Of a DNA stretch of 64,000 nt, positions 23,637-35,300 are shown piece after piece. The stretch comes from Klebsormidium nitens (taxonomy: Eukaryota > Plantae > Klebsormidiophyceae). Positions within the stretch are counted from its first letter, which is position 1. Each line of letters begins with the position of its first letter. Under the pieces are notes generated by a model. That model saw nothing but the letters and a program-made list of their open reading frames with translations. It did no database searches and was not told the origin of the DNA. The DNA is taken from positions 13,414-77,413 of the forward strand of contig DF237407.1 of NCBI GenBank assembly GCA_000708835.1. The letters run 5' to 3'. The position numbers and the translations under genes were made by a program.

Positions 23637-25269
23637 GCGGGGGGCACAGGCGCGTTTTTGGCTCTTAACCAAGGATAGTTCTGAGCTGGTTGTAGGTCGG
23701 TTCGAAAGTGGTTATACGTCCAGAAACCAGACTTGGGCGGTATCATCAGCCTCGGAACAAGGTTAAATCCGGGTTGATTGTCCGATAACCTAAGGGTCAA
23801 GTCCGGTCGCCTAAGCAAACCGACTGGTTTAGTGCCACGATGTCTTGGGGGGGCCGGCCTCTGCAGTCGCGGGGGAATCACCTTCAGCATTTGTCTTTTA
23901 CTATCACGCGGAAGCTACGGATTATGTAGACTAGGTTTCCAGTCTGGTGTTGCGTACGTCGACCTGTGTCATCCACGGTCTGACGAATTACAAAGACTCG
24001 TAGCCAAAGCGCAGCGGCGGGTTTACTTGCGAAGCAGCTAGAAAAGGCAGTGTGACGGAAGGTAGTGTGACTTCCCCCTAGGCTCTGCAGACGCGGAGTT
24101 TGGCTGGGTGAAGGTACTGCAGTACTGTCAAAAGGGCGGGCCAGTCGGTCTTGTCATCTAATTGTTACGAGCTTGATGTAGTCTAGGGCGCAGCGTATGA
24201 AGCGGCTTCCTCTCTGCAGCAGCGGGGTCGGGAAATCAAATTAAATAGGTAATTGCGCTTTCAAGGAGGGGAGGTCAGTCGGTCTCGCCCACTGACGTTT
24301 AATTCCTGAGTAGCTCATTGGTACAAGCAGCTCGGCGCAGAAACCTGTCTTGTTTCTGGAAACAATCATTACAGTAGGAGCTTATTTGAAAAGGCTGTAA
24401 GTGCTAAGTCAGACAACCTAGCACGGTTGAAAGCAAGTACATTGCCTGTTTGTAGGAACATTTGCAATGACCGACCATTGACGGACAGACGTCTCTCAAT
24501 AAGATTCCTGTATTTTTTTGAACACTTACTCGTAGAATCGGAGAAGAAAGTTTGAATCCAAACAGCTTTGAGAGACAGAAGTCTCCTCAGTGTCAGGCCT
24601 CGATACGTTGTACGTTGACACAGAAAGAACACATTGTACGTCTTTTATTTGATCGACGCCATGTTTAATTCTCAGTGCCCTCACTTTGCCCTTCGATGGT
24701 AACTTCTAGTTTATTAACGCCCTTAGCCGCCATGGCCGTGGAGCACGGTCTTCGGCAGACCCGGGATAGTTTGTTGACTCTGCAGCTTGCTACGGCTGCA
24801 AGTCATTCGATCACTGGTTGCATTTCGCTAAATATCAACATGCTCATGCTGATACCAACGGGGAGTTTTCACACTGTTGCATTGATATTGTACAAACTCT
24901 GATATACTATGAGCTTGTACATCGCCATGCTATGAGCGGATGTTTCTGGACGGTAGGCTCTGTTTGCGAAGCTCGAGTCACCGTCTGAGTCGGCTGAAAG
25001 TTGGGTGGCACAGCTTACGCGATGCACGATCGAAAATATTGAAATTTGTAGAATAGTGAGGTAGAGTGTACTAGCTTGAGGGGAAACTGCAGACAATCAC
25101 GAATCACAGGACGCTTCTAGGTAGCGCCGACTGCGCCGCCCCTTTCCCTCGATGCAATCGTAGAGGAACATTTTGTCAAACTCAACACATGGTATTGAAA
25201 ATGAAAGGCCGATCCTGAGCCATCTTTTCCATTCTATCCACTCTTAACCGGTTCAACACTTCTGATCAG

Positions 25270-28200
25270 GTAACATCTTGACCCTACTCACCGGAACCGC
25301 TTCGGTGATAATAGATACCAAGTACAATCACGCAGCGGTCACCCCCACTCTAGGAATCTACTACTACGAGCCACAGTAGACCTTGTTCGCCCTCCACTGT
25401 AACACGACCCACAATTACAAGATCACGAACCATTCGGCGAGCGGAATGACTTCCAACAGAAAGTACACTGGGGCGACGGGCCATTCCCAGTTCACGCGTG
25501 ATATTATGCGGACTCGGACGGCGGGGTCTTCAAGTTGTACATGGCGTGGCAGAGTTTTCCGCAAACCACGGGGTCTCTCAAGGTCAAAGAACCGAACGCT
25601 TTGGCCCTTATCTCGCGATGCTTATGGCTGGTTATGGGATCGGATGGTGTCGAAAGTGGTTATATATCCAGTGTGACAGATTTTGGCGGTAACCAAGACG
25701 AAAGCCCGGTTAATTGTCAAACAACCGAAGGCCCGAAGCAAATAATCAGCGTGGTTAGCAACCCCAACTTCCTGTGGAACTCTGCCCTAGTTCTGCGTCT
25801 GCTGTGGACAGGTGTCACAAATGCACCTTTTTTCTAGGCCTTCGTCTTGGTTCTTGAGAAGGTATCTAGATGGATAACTGCTGTGCGACGTCTACGTTCG
25901 ATTGCAGCCGATAAGAGACTCGCGAACGCGCACGGAACCCAAAAGGTCTCAGCTTTCAAAGTCAATCCCACCTTGTTCCTACCAAGTCTCACTCCGGCGT
26001 TGCAGATCGTCATCTACAGTCTTGACAACAACACCTTCCTCGAATACATCCCCTTGGGCATAGCTCGGGACACGTCCAAGTTTCAGTATCTGGATCCCAT
26101 CTGGATGTGGCGGCAGATCTGAATCTGGGGGTGATTTCCGTAGCGGCCGGCACTGCGGTCGCTACTTACACTGGGTTGGGCGGCTTTTTAAGTCGCTGAG
26201 CGACTCCAAATACATCATATGTAACTTTCTGTTTTTTTTGGTTCACTGCTCGGATCAATGTTCGATCCGCAGAGAGCAGTTTGGTTCGTGATGCCCCAGT
26301 GGGCTTTTCGGTATACGTAAGCCATTTAACTTCGTGCGTCATCTGTCGGCTACAATCGCGTTCTCTCCTCAAGTTTCTACTCAAAGTACTGCGTTCTTAT
26401 CCAAAACCAGCTCCGTTATGATGCCCATTGGGCTCTACTATTCGCTAAGCAACTTCCAAGCATCAACTGTCAACCGAACTTATTCTCTCTTCCTTACTGC
26501 TCGAACTTCTGCTCATTCTACTTCTGCTCAGTCTGCTTCATGATTACAAGCGCTCCGATTGCGAAGTTTTACCGGATCTATTTCCCCTGCATTCGGAATA
26601 TCTTTTCCCCATCGCCAGCTGGTTTGATGATTCATCTGCCACAATAAAACCGTTCCGTAGCGTCGTGCTCTGCACGTATAAGGACGTTCAGACTTTTCTT
26701 CGCAGCTATAACATCACTCATCGGACGGCCAGCTGGTTCGATCTGCCGGCAGACAAAACATACCGATGCGTCGTCCTCTGAGTCACGTTTCTAATCGGAC
26801 GGCCAGATTTATCTTTGCAGCTATAACATTTGTGATCGGACGGCCAGCTGGTTCGTCCTGCCGGCAGACAAGACGTTCCGGAGCGTCGTCCTCAATACCG
26901 TCCAGGGGAAAGTGTACTTCTTCACGAGTGACAAGGCGAACCCCGTCTACACGAGCTCCACGTGGCTGAGGCAAGCCAAAACCACTGTAACTTTACGGAA
27001 CTGGACCAAAGCGGGTCTCGAAATGACTTCAGGACTGCACTGGCAGGTTCCACTGGAACTTCCCTGTTCTCAAACCGTCTTCGTTGGAAAGCCACGTTTA
27101 TTTTTGAGATCGCCTCGCAGCGGACTTTATGCTCCACCCTGCGCGGTCTGAATACTGGGTCGGAAATGATTACGACGAGCTTCTTCAAGACTGGATGCGA
27201 CATTTCGGCATTGTTCGTTTCACGTATTCGGCTTACTTTGTTAGGGCTAGGCCAAAAGCGCTCAAAAGCAGCTGCGCCAGCACTATCAAGGTTTTCCAAG
27301 TAAAGTCCTGAAACGCACCCTTATTTTAACGTACGTTTTTAAGTGTTCTTTCTAATATTTTGCCCATCACTAGTTCTCTGTGCTTGCGTTGGCCTTTCTT
27401 CTGTTTTGACCGCAGTCAGAAGGATTCTAAGGACCACCCTTGATGACCAGAAATGTTTCTCTAATGCAGCTACTCAGTAGTTCTACAGTCACGTCAAGTG
27501 TGCTGGCTCGTAGAACCTCGGCGGGGACTAACTTGACGTGTTACACCGGCGCCTTCTCGACAACAACGGACCTCGGATTGCTTGTCCACGACTCGACGGC
27601 CAATGGCGTTGGGCTCATGTCGGTTTCGGGAAGTGAGCTTGCTTCCGTATGCGCATTTGATCCCACTAGAATAGGGTACGTGCGTTGCTCAGAGGTTGAA
27701 CGTAGAAGTCTCGCAGGTCATACTTCCCGTGCAAAAGGTTTTTCAAGACCCTGTGAACGGGTCGAATTTAATCGCGGCAGAGTTTTCGAACAGCGTCACG
27801 AAATTCTTTGCCTCATCTTCAATCGTTGGAGACTGAGTCCAAGGATTGCAAAAAAACTTTGTCGGAAGTCCACAAAGCGCTCTCGGCGTCTTTCACAAGG
27901 AGATTGGTACTTCGTCTGATCTGATTGAAACTTTTCTTTTTCCAAACGGGCTACGGATTCGTCTGGTGCAAAGCATGTAACTAAGTTTGAAGCAGGGTTG
28001 GGTAAATGAAAGCACTAATGATCTGACCAAACACGGTTTTTGCTACCCAAGCCTTTTCAGGGTTTGACGTGCTCTCGACAGAAGAATGGGCCCCGATACC
28101 TGCTTAACTCTGTCTCTAACGTGTTGAGGTAATCTTGACAGGAATTGGCTCATTCGGTGCTTAACCCAAGGATTGCTTTTCTAAGTAACCGCTCTGTGTG

Positions 28201-30408
28201 AACAGCGGCGTGCGGAAGCCGCACCAGTCCTTGCGGGATGCAAATGACCGTCTGTTCCTCCTACTGCGTCTGCTTCCCGCTGGGTGCGACACCTGTCAAC
28301 CAGCTGTCAAGATCGTGTGTCAACTACGCTCTTCTTCCCTACGCAACGTTCACTGCCGATCAGTGTCCGCTGCCACCCCCACCCCCCTTTGTCCCCAGAC
28401 CCCCGCCCCACGGCTCTTTCCCCCCCGGTCCAAGCTCCGCCAAATCTCCCCCCCCGGCGGAAAAACCGCCGCCTCTGACAAACCCGCCCCCGGAGCAACC
28501 CCTTCTGATAAACCCACCTCCTCTGAACCATCCGCCGCCAACATAACCTCCTCCCGATCTGCCCCCCCCAATCAGCTGGCCGCCTCCCCACCAGCCCCCT
28601 TCAGTCAATCAGCCCCCACCCGAACAACCCGCTCCAGTCGGTTTGCCCTCCCCCGACCACCCCCTCCTACAACTCAATCCCCCCCGACCAGGCCCCTCCA
28701 TTTCAGCCCCCAACCGAATTATCTCCCCCAATTCTCCGTCCCCCCCCGACCCGGCTCCTCCTGTTCAGCCCCCTCCGGACCAGGGCCCCCCAGGGGAACA
28801 GCCATTGCCGAAGCAACCGCCGCCAGGGGCGCTACCTGCCGACCAGCCTCCCCCGGTCTCTTTTCCACCACCCGAGCAACCTCCTCCAAACGAACCCCCT
28901 CCAGTTGACCCGAACCCCCCTTCCCCGGTTACCAGCCCTCCTTTTTATCAACCACCGCCTCCCGCTTTCCCGCCTGCTCTAGATCCCCCCTCGAGGGAGT
29001 CTCCAATGAACCAGCCGCCTCCCGATTCAGCACCTCCCCCACAAGTTCCCCAGTCCCCCTCCTCACAGCCGCCGCCGAACCTGCCCCCTCCTGCGAGTCC
29101 TCCGCCAAGTTCCCCCCCTTTGTTGAGAGCCACCCCGCACCCCCCCCACGCGCCTTGCGACCCGAACTTCGTCGACTCGTGCAGCGGCAGCGGCAACGGC
29201 ACCGCCATCGCGATTACAATCTCGACGCGCGGGCGAAACGTGGATCTCCTGGAGGGGGGGTCCATCACGCCCGCATTCAAGACCCCCGTTGCGGTCACGA
29301 CGCTCGACTACGGAAGCACCCTCCCGGCAGTTTTTGCGGACGTCGTATCGGCGCTTTTTCTAACGCAAACCCCAGCACACGGTTCCGGTTCCGCCCTGTT
29401 TTTCGCGCCGGACTCCGGCACGCTGGCGTTTCCGGTGTCCGGCCCGGCGCCCAGCGGATCGGTTTACATAAACGCGGGAGCGCAGCCGATGGGCTGCTCC
29501 GCGAGCGACGCGTGGCAAGCGGCAACTGGCGCGGCCCCGCGCGCGTGCGCATGGCGCGCGACTCTAGCGGGCCTCTACGCGCGGACCTATGATGCAATCG
29601 CCAACACGGCTGCCACGTCAGCTTTGCACCCGGAGAACGGGGGGGGGATCTACGGCTTGTACCTCTATAAGAAAGCGGAAATCGTGGTACCGAGCAGTAC
29701 CGTAACGGTGGATCCCCCCAACGCGCCAGCATTCAGGGGGTAGCTGGGAGCATGGGATTGGGGGGGGTGTTTGGATACTCGGCGTCCGTCTCAGGAACCG
29801 AGGGCGTCACCGTGTTTGCTGCGTATTTCCCTAGCGAGATACAGCCCGTCTACACGACAAGTTCCGTTTCCGGTGGCACCGGTTCTCACCGGAAGCTGCT
29901 GTCAACGGCAGAAACGGTGACCGCGCCAGTTGCGTCCGGCCTCTTGTATCTGAAGCAAGGAAACCGGACGTATGCAACCGACAGCGGATCGCTTATGTTC
30001 GGGGGCGTAAGCGATGCGGGCGTGGACTACTTCTTCCTGTCCGCTTTCCAATACAACGACTGCACGCCGCAACAGCTGGACAAAGTCGCGGCCTTCGACG
30101 GATGCCTTTGGACGGAAGTTCCGCACAGTATCACGCTCGCTTATAACGTCACGGCGCAGACTATGGTGCTGGGGAACCTAGGAAACGGCACGTGGAACAG
30201 CGTCTACATGCTCTTGAGCGTTTCCTCCCTTCCCTTGCCGCCTCCGCCCCCACCTCTAGTTGTTACGTCGTCCCCCCCAGCGGTGAAAACGTCTGGAAGC
30301 GGCGACGGATTCTTAGTGCCGTTGTTAGGAGCTCTTGCGGGCGCATCGATAGTGAGTAGGTTAGTGTTTCTGGTAGCTAGCGGGAAGTGTAAATCACAAA
30401 GGGACTGA
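25270..30408 (+). pseudogene. Multi-exon proline-rich (extensin/pherophorin-like) cell-surface protein gene with frame disruptions; pseudogene or assembly errors
   Basis: Exon-like blocks at about 25.3-25.8, 26.0-26.1, 26821-26970, 27121-27240, 27.5-27.65 kb and 28204-30350. Cys-rich motif then an xQPPP-rich tract (28370-29150), a globular domain, RKLL at 29890, PPPPPP and a hydrophobic FLVPLLGALAGASIV followed by a gtgagt donor. In-frame TAA at 28544, a frame change in the Pro tract, and a frame change at the G-run 29736-29740. The 5' end is unresolved. Confidence 0.6.
26600..26820 (+). repeat. Two degenerate copies (about 115 bp) of the acceptor plus 5' end of exon 26821-26970
   Basis: ttcgcag|ctataacatcactcatcggacggccagctggttcgatctgccggcagacaa at 26706 versus real ttgcag|ctataacatttgtgatcggacggccagctggttcgtcctgccggcagacaa at 26821; a fainter copy lies at about 26600-26670. 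Confidence 0.88.
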
Positions 30409-32372
30409 CTAGAGTTCTTAGTAGCTTTCCTGATTTCTTGATAGAGATCGAGACCAGCTTGCAGAGCGACCAGTTGTTGTAAACGTGCGTTCAAATTCAG
30501 CCTAGCTTCAGCGGAGTGGCTGAATCTGCGGCACGCTACGGAGTTCCTCTCACCCCTCTCAAGCCTGAGCATATGTGGTGATAGACGACCAAGCGGATTA
30601 TGAAACTAGGGTGCGTCGATAACGAGGCCTTTAAGGAGCACTCAAAAAGCTGAGCGGACAGCATATGTTCCACTTAGATGCTCCAGATAAGATTAGTAGT
30701 AGTAGTACAGATGGTGAAGAGGTATGATACTCTTAGCTCAAAGACATCGTGATGGTCCGGGGGTTAGTCTGCAGGCGCTGCGCACGAGTTGGCCGGCCAG
30801 GTTAGATATTGCTCGCGACTTAATTATGTTGTTAACTCGACAGATGACAGGTAGCAATCGTGTAAAGTACAATCATAGACCTTTCTCTAATAAAGTTTGA
30901 GAGTACGGTAGCTAGAACGCGGCGAAAGAAATCAGGTTCGACCGGGCGATGCAAATCCATAAACTACTGCATCCATATTTCTGATTGTTCTACTTCAAGC
31001 TGCAAACGGATTTCCGTACGTCACCCTTTCGCTCGTTTCCCCACCGCCCCTCAAGCCTGAAGAAGCTAAATCTATTATATTGAAAGCGCGAGCCGGGCAC
31101 AGAAGGCTCGCGCTCCTATGAGTACGTGACTATAGAAAACTAGCTGTTCACCTAATGACGGTTCGATGTATCCCACGATGACCAGATTAATTTGCAAAGA
31201 TGGCCGGTCCGACACCTGCCATGGCCCGGGAACGAATTAGCTAGAACGACATTGGTGTATGACATCTTAAGCGCGGACGCCGTGCTGAGGCTGAGTGACG
31301 AGTTGCCTCCGAATTGCATGAAGGCATGTACTAGCTTAGCTTACCTCACGCAATCAAGCTCAAGAGTGGGCGGCTGGGAGTTTCATGCATGTACAACTAA
31401 TTCATTCTTGCACGGTAGTCTTTTGTAACTCGTAGCGTGACGGTTCCGGTCACATGCATTGATTGCATATAACGGCATTACGGGTGTATGATACTACGGC
31501 TCTTGCACAAATCATAAACACCTGTTCAATTCGTTAACCGTAAACATGTGATGATGACACTGACATCAAAGATACTACTGCTCTTATCTTGGGCGCGTGG
31601 ATCTAGTATCATATATTATAGTGTGTACTTCGCCGTCTCTGCAATATCATCGAGTTGTCCACATCATGCATTAGTGCAACTTCATGGCGTGATGGCGTTG
31701 TTGAGGGCGGCACTCAGTGGCCGGGCGGCATACTACATAAAAGAATCGATTGAATATTGCTTACCATCATTCCTTTGTACGGCAAGTATTCAGTATGCAT
31801 GTTGCTGTGTGTAACCAGGCTTGCGTTTGAACCAGGCTTACAAGACGCTTGTTCGAAATCAATCATGGACAGGCAGTTCATGCTGGCGCGCATGACCGGG
31901 CCGTAATTCTCAGTACTGAAATCTGCAATACTGAGCAAACTTGATGATCAACCCACTGAATCAGACTCAGAAGAACGAATGATGTAACATTCAAGCTAAC
32001 AATCATTGCAATCAAAAAAGCAAGCGCCAAAAATATCCGGTGAGCATGCCAGAGTCACAATTGCTCAACTCTCAACAAAGCGCTGCCACTTCTTATTTAT
32101 AGTATGTATTGCAGCGCGGCGGTCAAAATAAATATGTTCAGATGTCGGACTCGATCACAGGAAAGCTCTCTAGAGAAACCGACACACAACTCAATCTACC
32201 TCGCAACCACGCAGTGTGCGTCCTGAAGCTAAGTCGATTCTTCTGGCCCATTGTTCAAAAGCGTTGAATTGCTTGGTTCCTGGACTACGTCAATCCTACT
32301 GTCTCGTGTCCTGACACACAAACTCTGAATGAAGCCGAGCCTATCAAATCTGGGAATCTAAAGTGGGTGCTA

Positions 32373-35300
32373 CTACGGGTTGTTCCGAGGTTGCAAAACA
32401 TCGATCTCGTGTGCCCCCTGCACGTTGAGTAGCTCTGACCGAAAGCTTGGCGGGATCGTGACAAGCGCCTGGATGCGCTTGGGGATCTTGAACTTCATTG
32501 TCGCGCTGTTGACCACCGGCTTCGGGAACGACTTCGACCAGTTGTGCGGGGCGCACGGGTAGTCGGCAAAACAGGTGGCGCGCACGGCCTCCCGGACGAG
32601 GCGCTGCGTCACAACGATCGAGAAGCTTTGGAACGGGGTGGGGAGCGTTTGGGCCTGCGTTGGGGACGGGGGTGATGGGTTTGCCGGGGTCGGCGCGGGC
32701 GACGTGGGGGGGGGGTGGGGCGAGCCGCTCGCAGAGGGGGGAGTCGCCGGGCTCTGGGGAGATGGGGGCGCGGCCGATTGGAGGGCGGGAGCGGGCGGCG
32801 GGGCCTCTCTGACGCACTTCCACGACCCCCGCATCTGGGTTTGGTAGGTGCGCCCCGCCCCGGCTAGGTCGCGGTCCTCCGCAACCCGGCCGCGGCTGAT
32901 AAGGGCTCCCCTCGTATACGGTTCGTTGCCATTCACGACGAGGAGTCGGCTCTCCGACCCGACGCGGGGCCGCCGGCTCTGGTCGCTTATCTTGAAGCCC
33001 GCGACGACTTCTTGATCCCGCTTGACTTCCCGCCCTCGACCAAGCTTGCCCCCGCACGTGCCCAGAAGGGAGACGTATTTTATGAAGCCGAAAGTGCCGC
33101 CGGCAGTGGTCTCTGACGTGGCAGTCGCCCCAAAGGTGACCTTCTCCATCTCCGTGATCAGGTTGAAGTCGTAGTTTCGCCGCCGGGCAGTCGTGGACGT
33201 GTCGTCAGCCGGGCCAAACGTGACGTCGACTTTCGTCTGCACAAACCCGCACTCCCTTTCCTCGTTGACGAACTCGCCAGGGTCGGTTTCGGCGACCAGC
33301 GTCGCCTCCACAACGGCAGCCCCCGTGTCTACGTCCCGGCCAATTTCCAATTCCACCTCGCAGAATATGCTGGCCTCCTGCTGACTCGAGCCCTGCCCCG
33401 ATCCAACGGGGTTTCCGACCGAGTTAATCACCTTCTGAAACTCAACCTTGACTTTCAGCTTGTCGGCCGCTCCTTGGGCCCCGCTTCCGGGCACTCCCCC
33501 CGGGCTGCCTCCCCCGGTTCCTCCCCCGCTCCCCACCCCGACACCCTGGCTCGAGCCCGATTGACTGTTGGGGGAACTAGCCAGTACAGACCGCTGAACC
33601 GAGCTCACTTGGTTTCCGCCCGCAAAAAAGAAGCGCAAGACGCCCCCCCACGAGAGATCGAGCACCTGCAGAGGAACCACCCCTGGACCCACTTCACCCG
33701 TGGCCCCCCCGCCTATTCCGTCCCCTCTCGGAACCCCCCGTTCCGATTCCGCCCCATCTCCCCGTGCGGCGCGGTTGTCCCTGGGCCTGCCTGTGCCGCT
33801 GCGGAGCAACGCAATCAGCTGAAATCCGGCCTCCTTCCACCCCGCCGCAGATGCTCGGTACGCGTCTGGGGTGACACGTGGCAGCTCGCGGATGCGCACG
33901 TCGCCGTGGCTGTCGGCCAAGTCGACCTCCGCCGCTTCCACGCCGACTCCGATCGCCTGCGCCATATGGTCGGCCGACAGGAAGCGCGCAGTGTAAGGGT
34001 AGCGCTCGTCGGAGGACGCCTGCGGATTCATCGGGATTTTGAGGTCGGGCTGCTCTTTTGTGCCAATCGTGCGCAAGTTCGCAAAAGAAGGATCATTCCG
34101 AAAGCGGTTTAGTGTACATTCAAATTCCTAGAATTCAAGACTTCAAAAGAGCATGTCGGTGCGTTTTCGGGATGATATACAAACTCCCTGCCTTAGAAGT
34201 ACGGAAAGCCAGCAGCAACAACAGTACAAGGCGGGGGGATCCCAAGAACTTCGACGCAAATATTGCACACCAGGTTTTTTGTGACGTCTGTACGAAAATA
34301 TCAAGGGAAAGGGTTCAAAAATACAGAATCCCTGCAGTTTTTCAAGACCGGAGAGTAGGAGGAACTACAGTGCGTCGATGTGCATGAATCAGGGTTCTCG
34401 CGAAAATGAATAAGCATGTTTTTTTCCAACCTTTACGGGCAGTACTATGCTCTACTGGTGCTATAATAGAAAGAGAACGAGAGACGACTGAGCTGCTGTC
34501 CGGGAAAACTCTCTTTGATTTTCTCTGCACGCGCTAATCAAATGCCTCGATTGACACTTCTCTCCTCTCGCTTAAACCGACGGAGGTCAGCCCTGACCTC
34601 AGGATATGGATGGTTAAACGCAAGTACTGACCCTAAAGTAGCTTGTTTTACTGGAAATCCGCTTTGAGAGTAAGATGAAAGACCGTCTACGGTGAAGTGG
34701 CGACACATCAAGGACCAGAAAGGAAGAGCCACCTTACCTTTCCCCAGGCCAGCACCAGCCTGTCGACGTTCGACAGCGACTCCACCAGGCCGTACTTGAG
34801 GGCGACCTGAACGAGGGCCGCAGCAACAGGGATGCCCGCAGAGTCCACCCGATCGACATGGTCCGCTGCCAGCATGTCGCTCAGCTTTCGGACTACGTGC
34901 TGGGCCGTTTCCTGCAAGCATAAGATGTGATTGAGTTCGAATGACGGACTGGCGAGCGAGAAGAGAAAGGCTGCCTAAGTTCGTGTCGCCGGGTTCGACT
35001 AGCATCTCCCTTTCCCCTAAAACCCTAAAACCCTAAACTTAGGGGGCTAAGTTTGGATCCATTAAGTACTCAGTACCTTTACGAGAGGAGGATTATTTGA
35101 AGCCACAAAGGATGCAGGCCTTGCTCTGAACTGCAAACCTTGAGAACCGAAATTTGTCAAGCCCAATCCTAAAGCGGGCAAGAGGTTTGGAGCTGAAAAG
35201 CGCCGGTCAGAAGATAAGGGCAAACCTTTAGCAGAGTTTCGGGCTGGAACACATGAAGTAGATGAAAGACAAGATGATGCAGCTATAATTAAAATACTTG

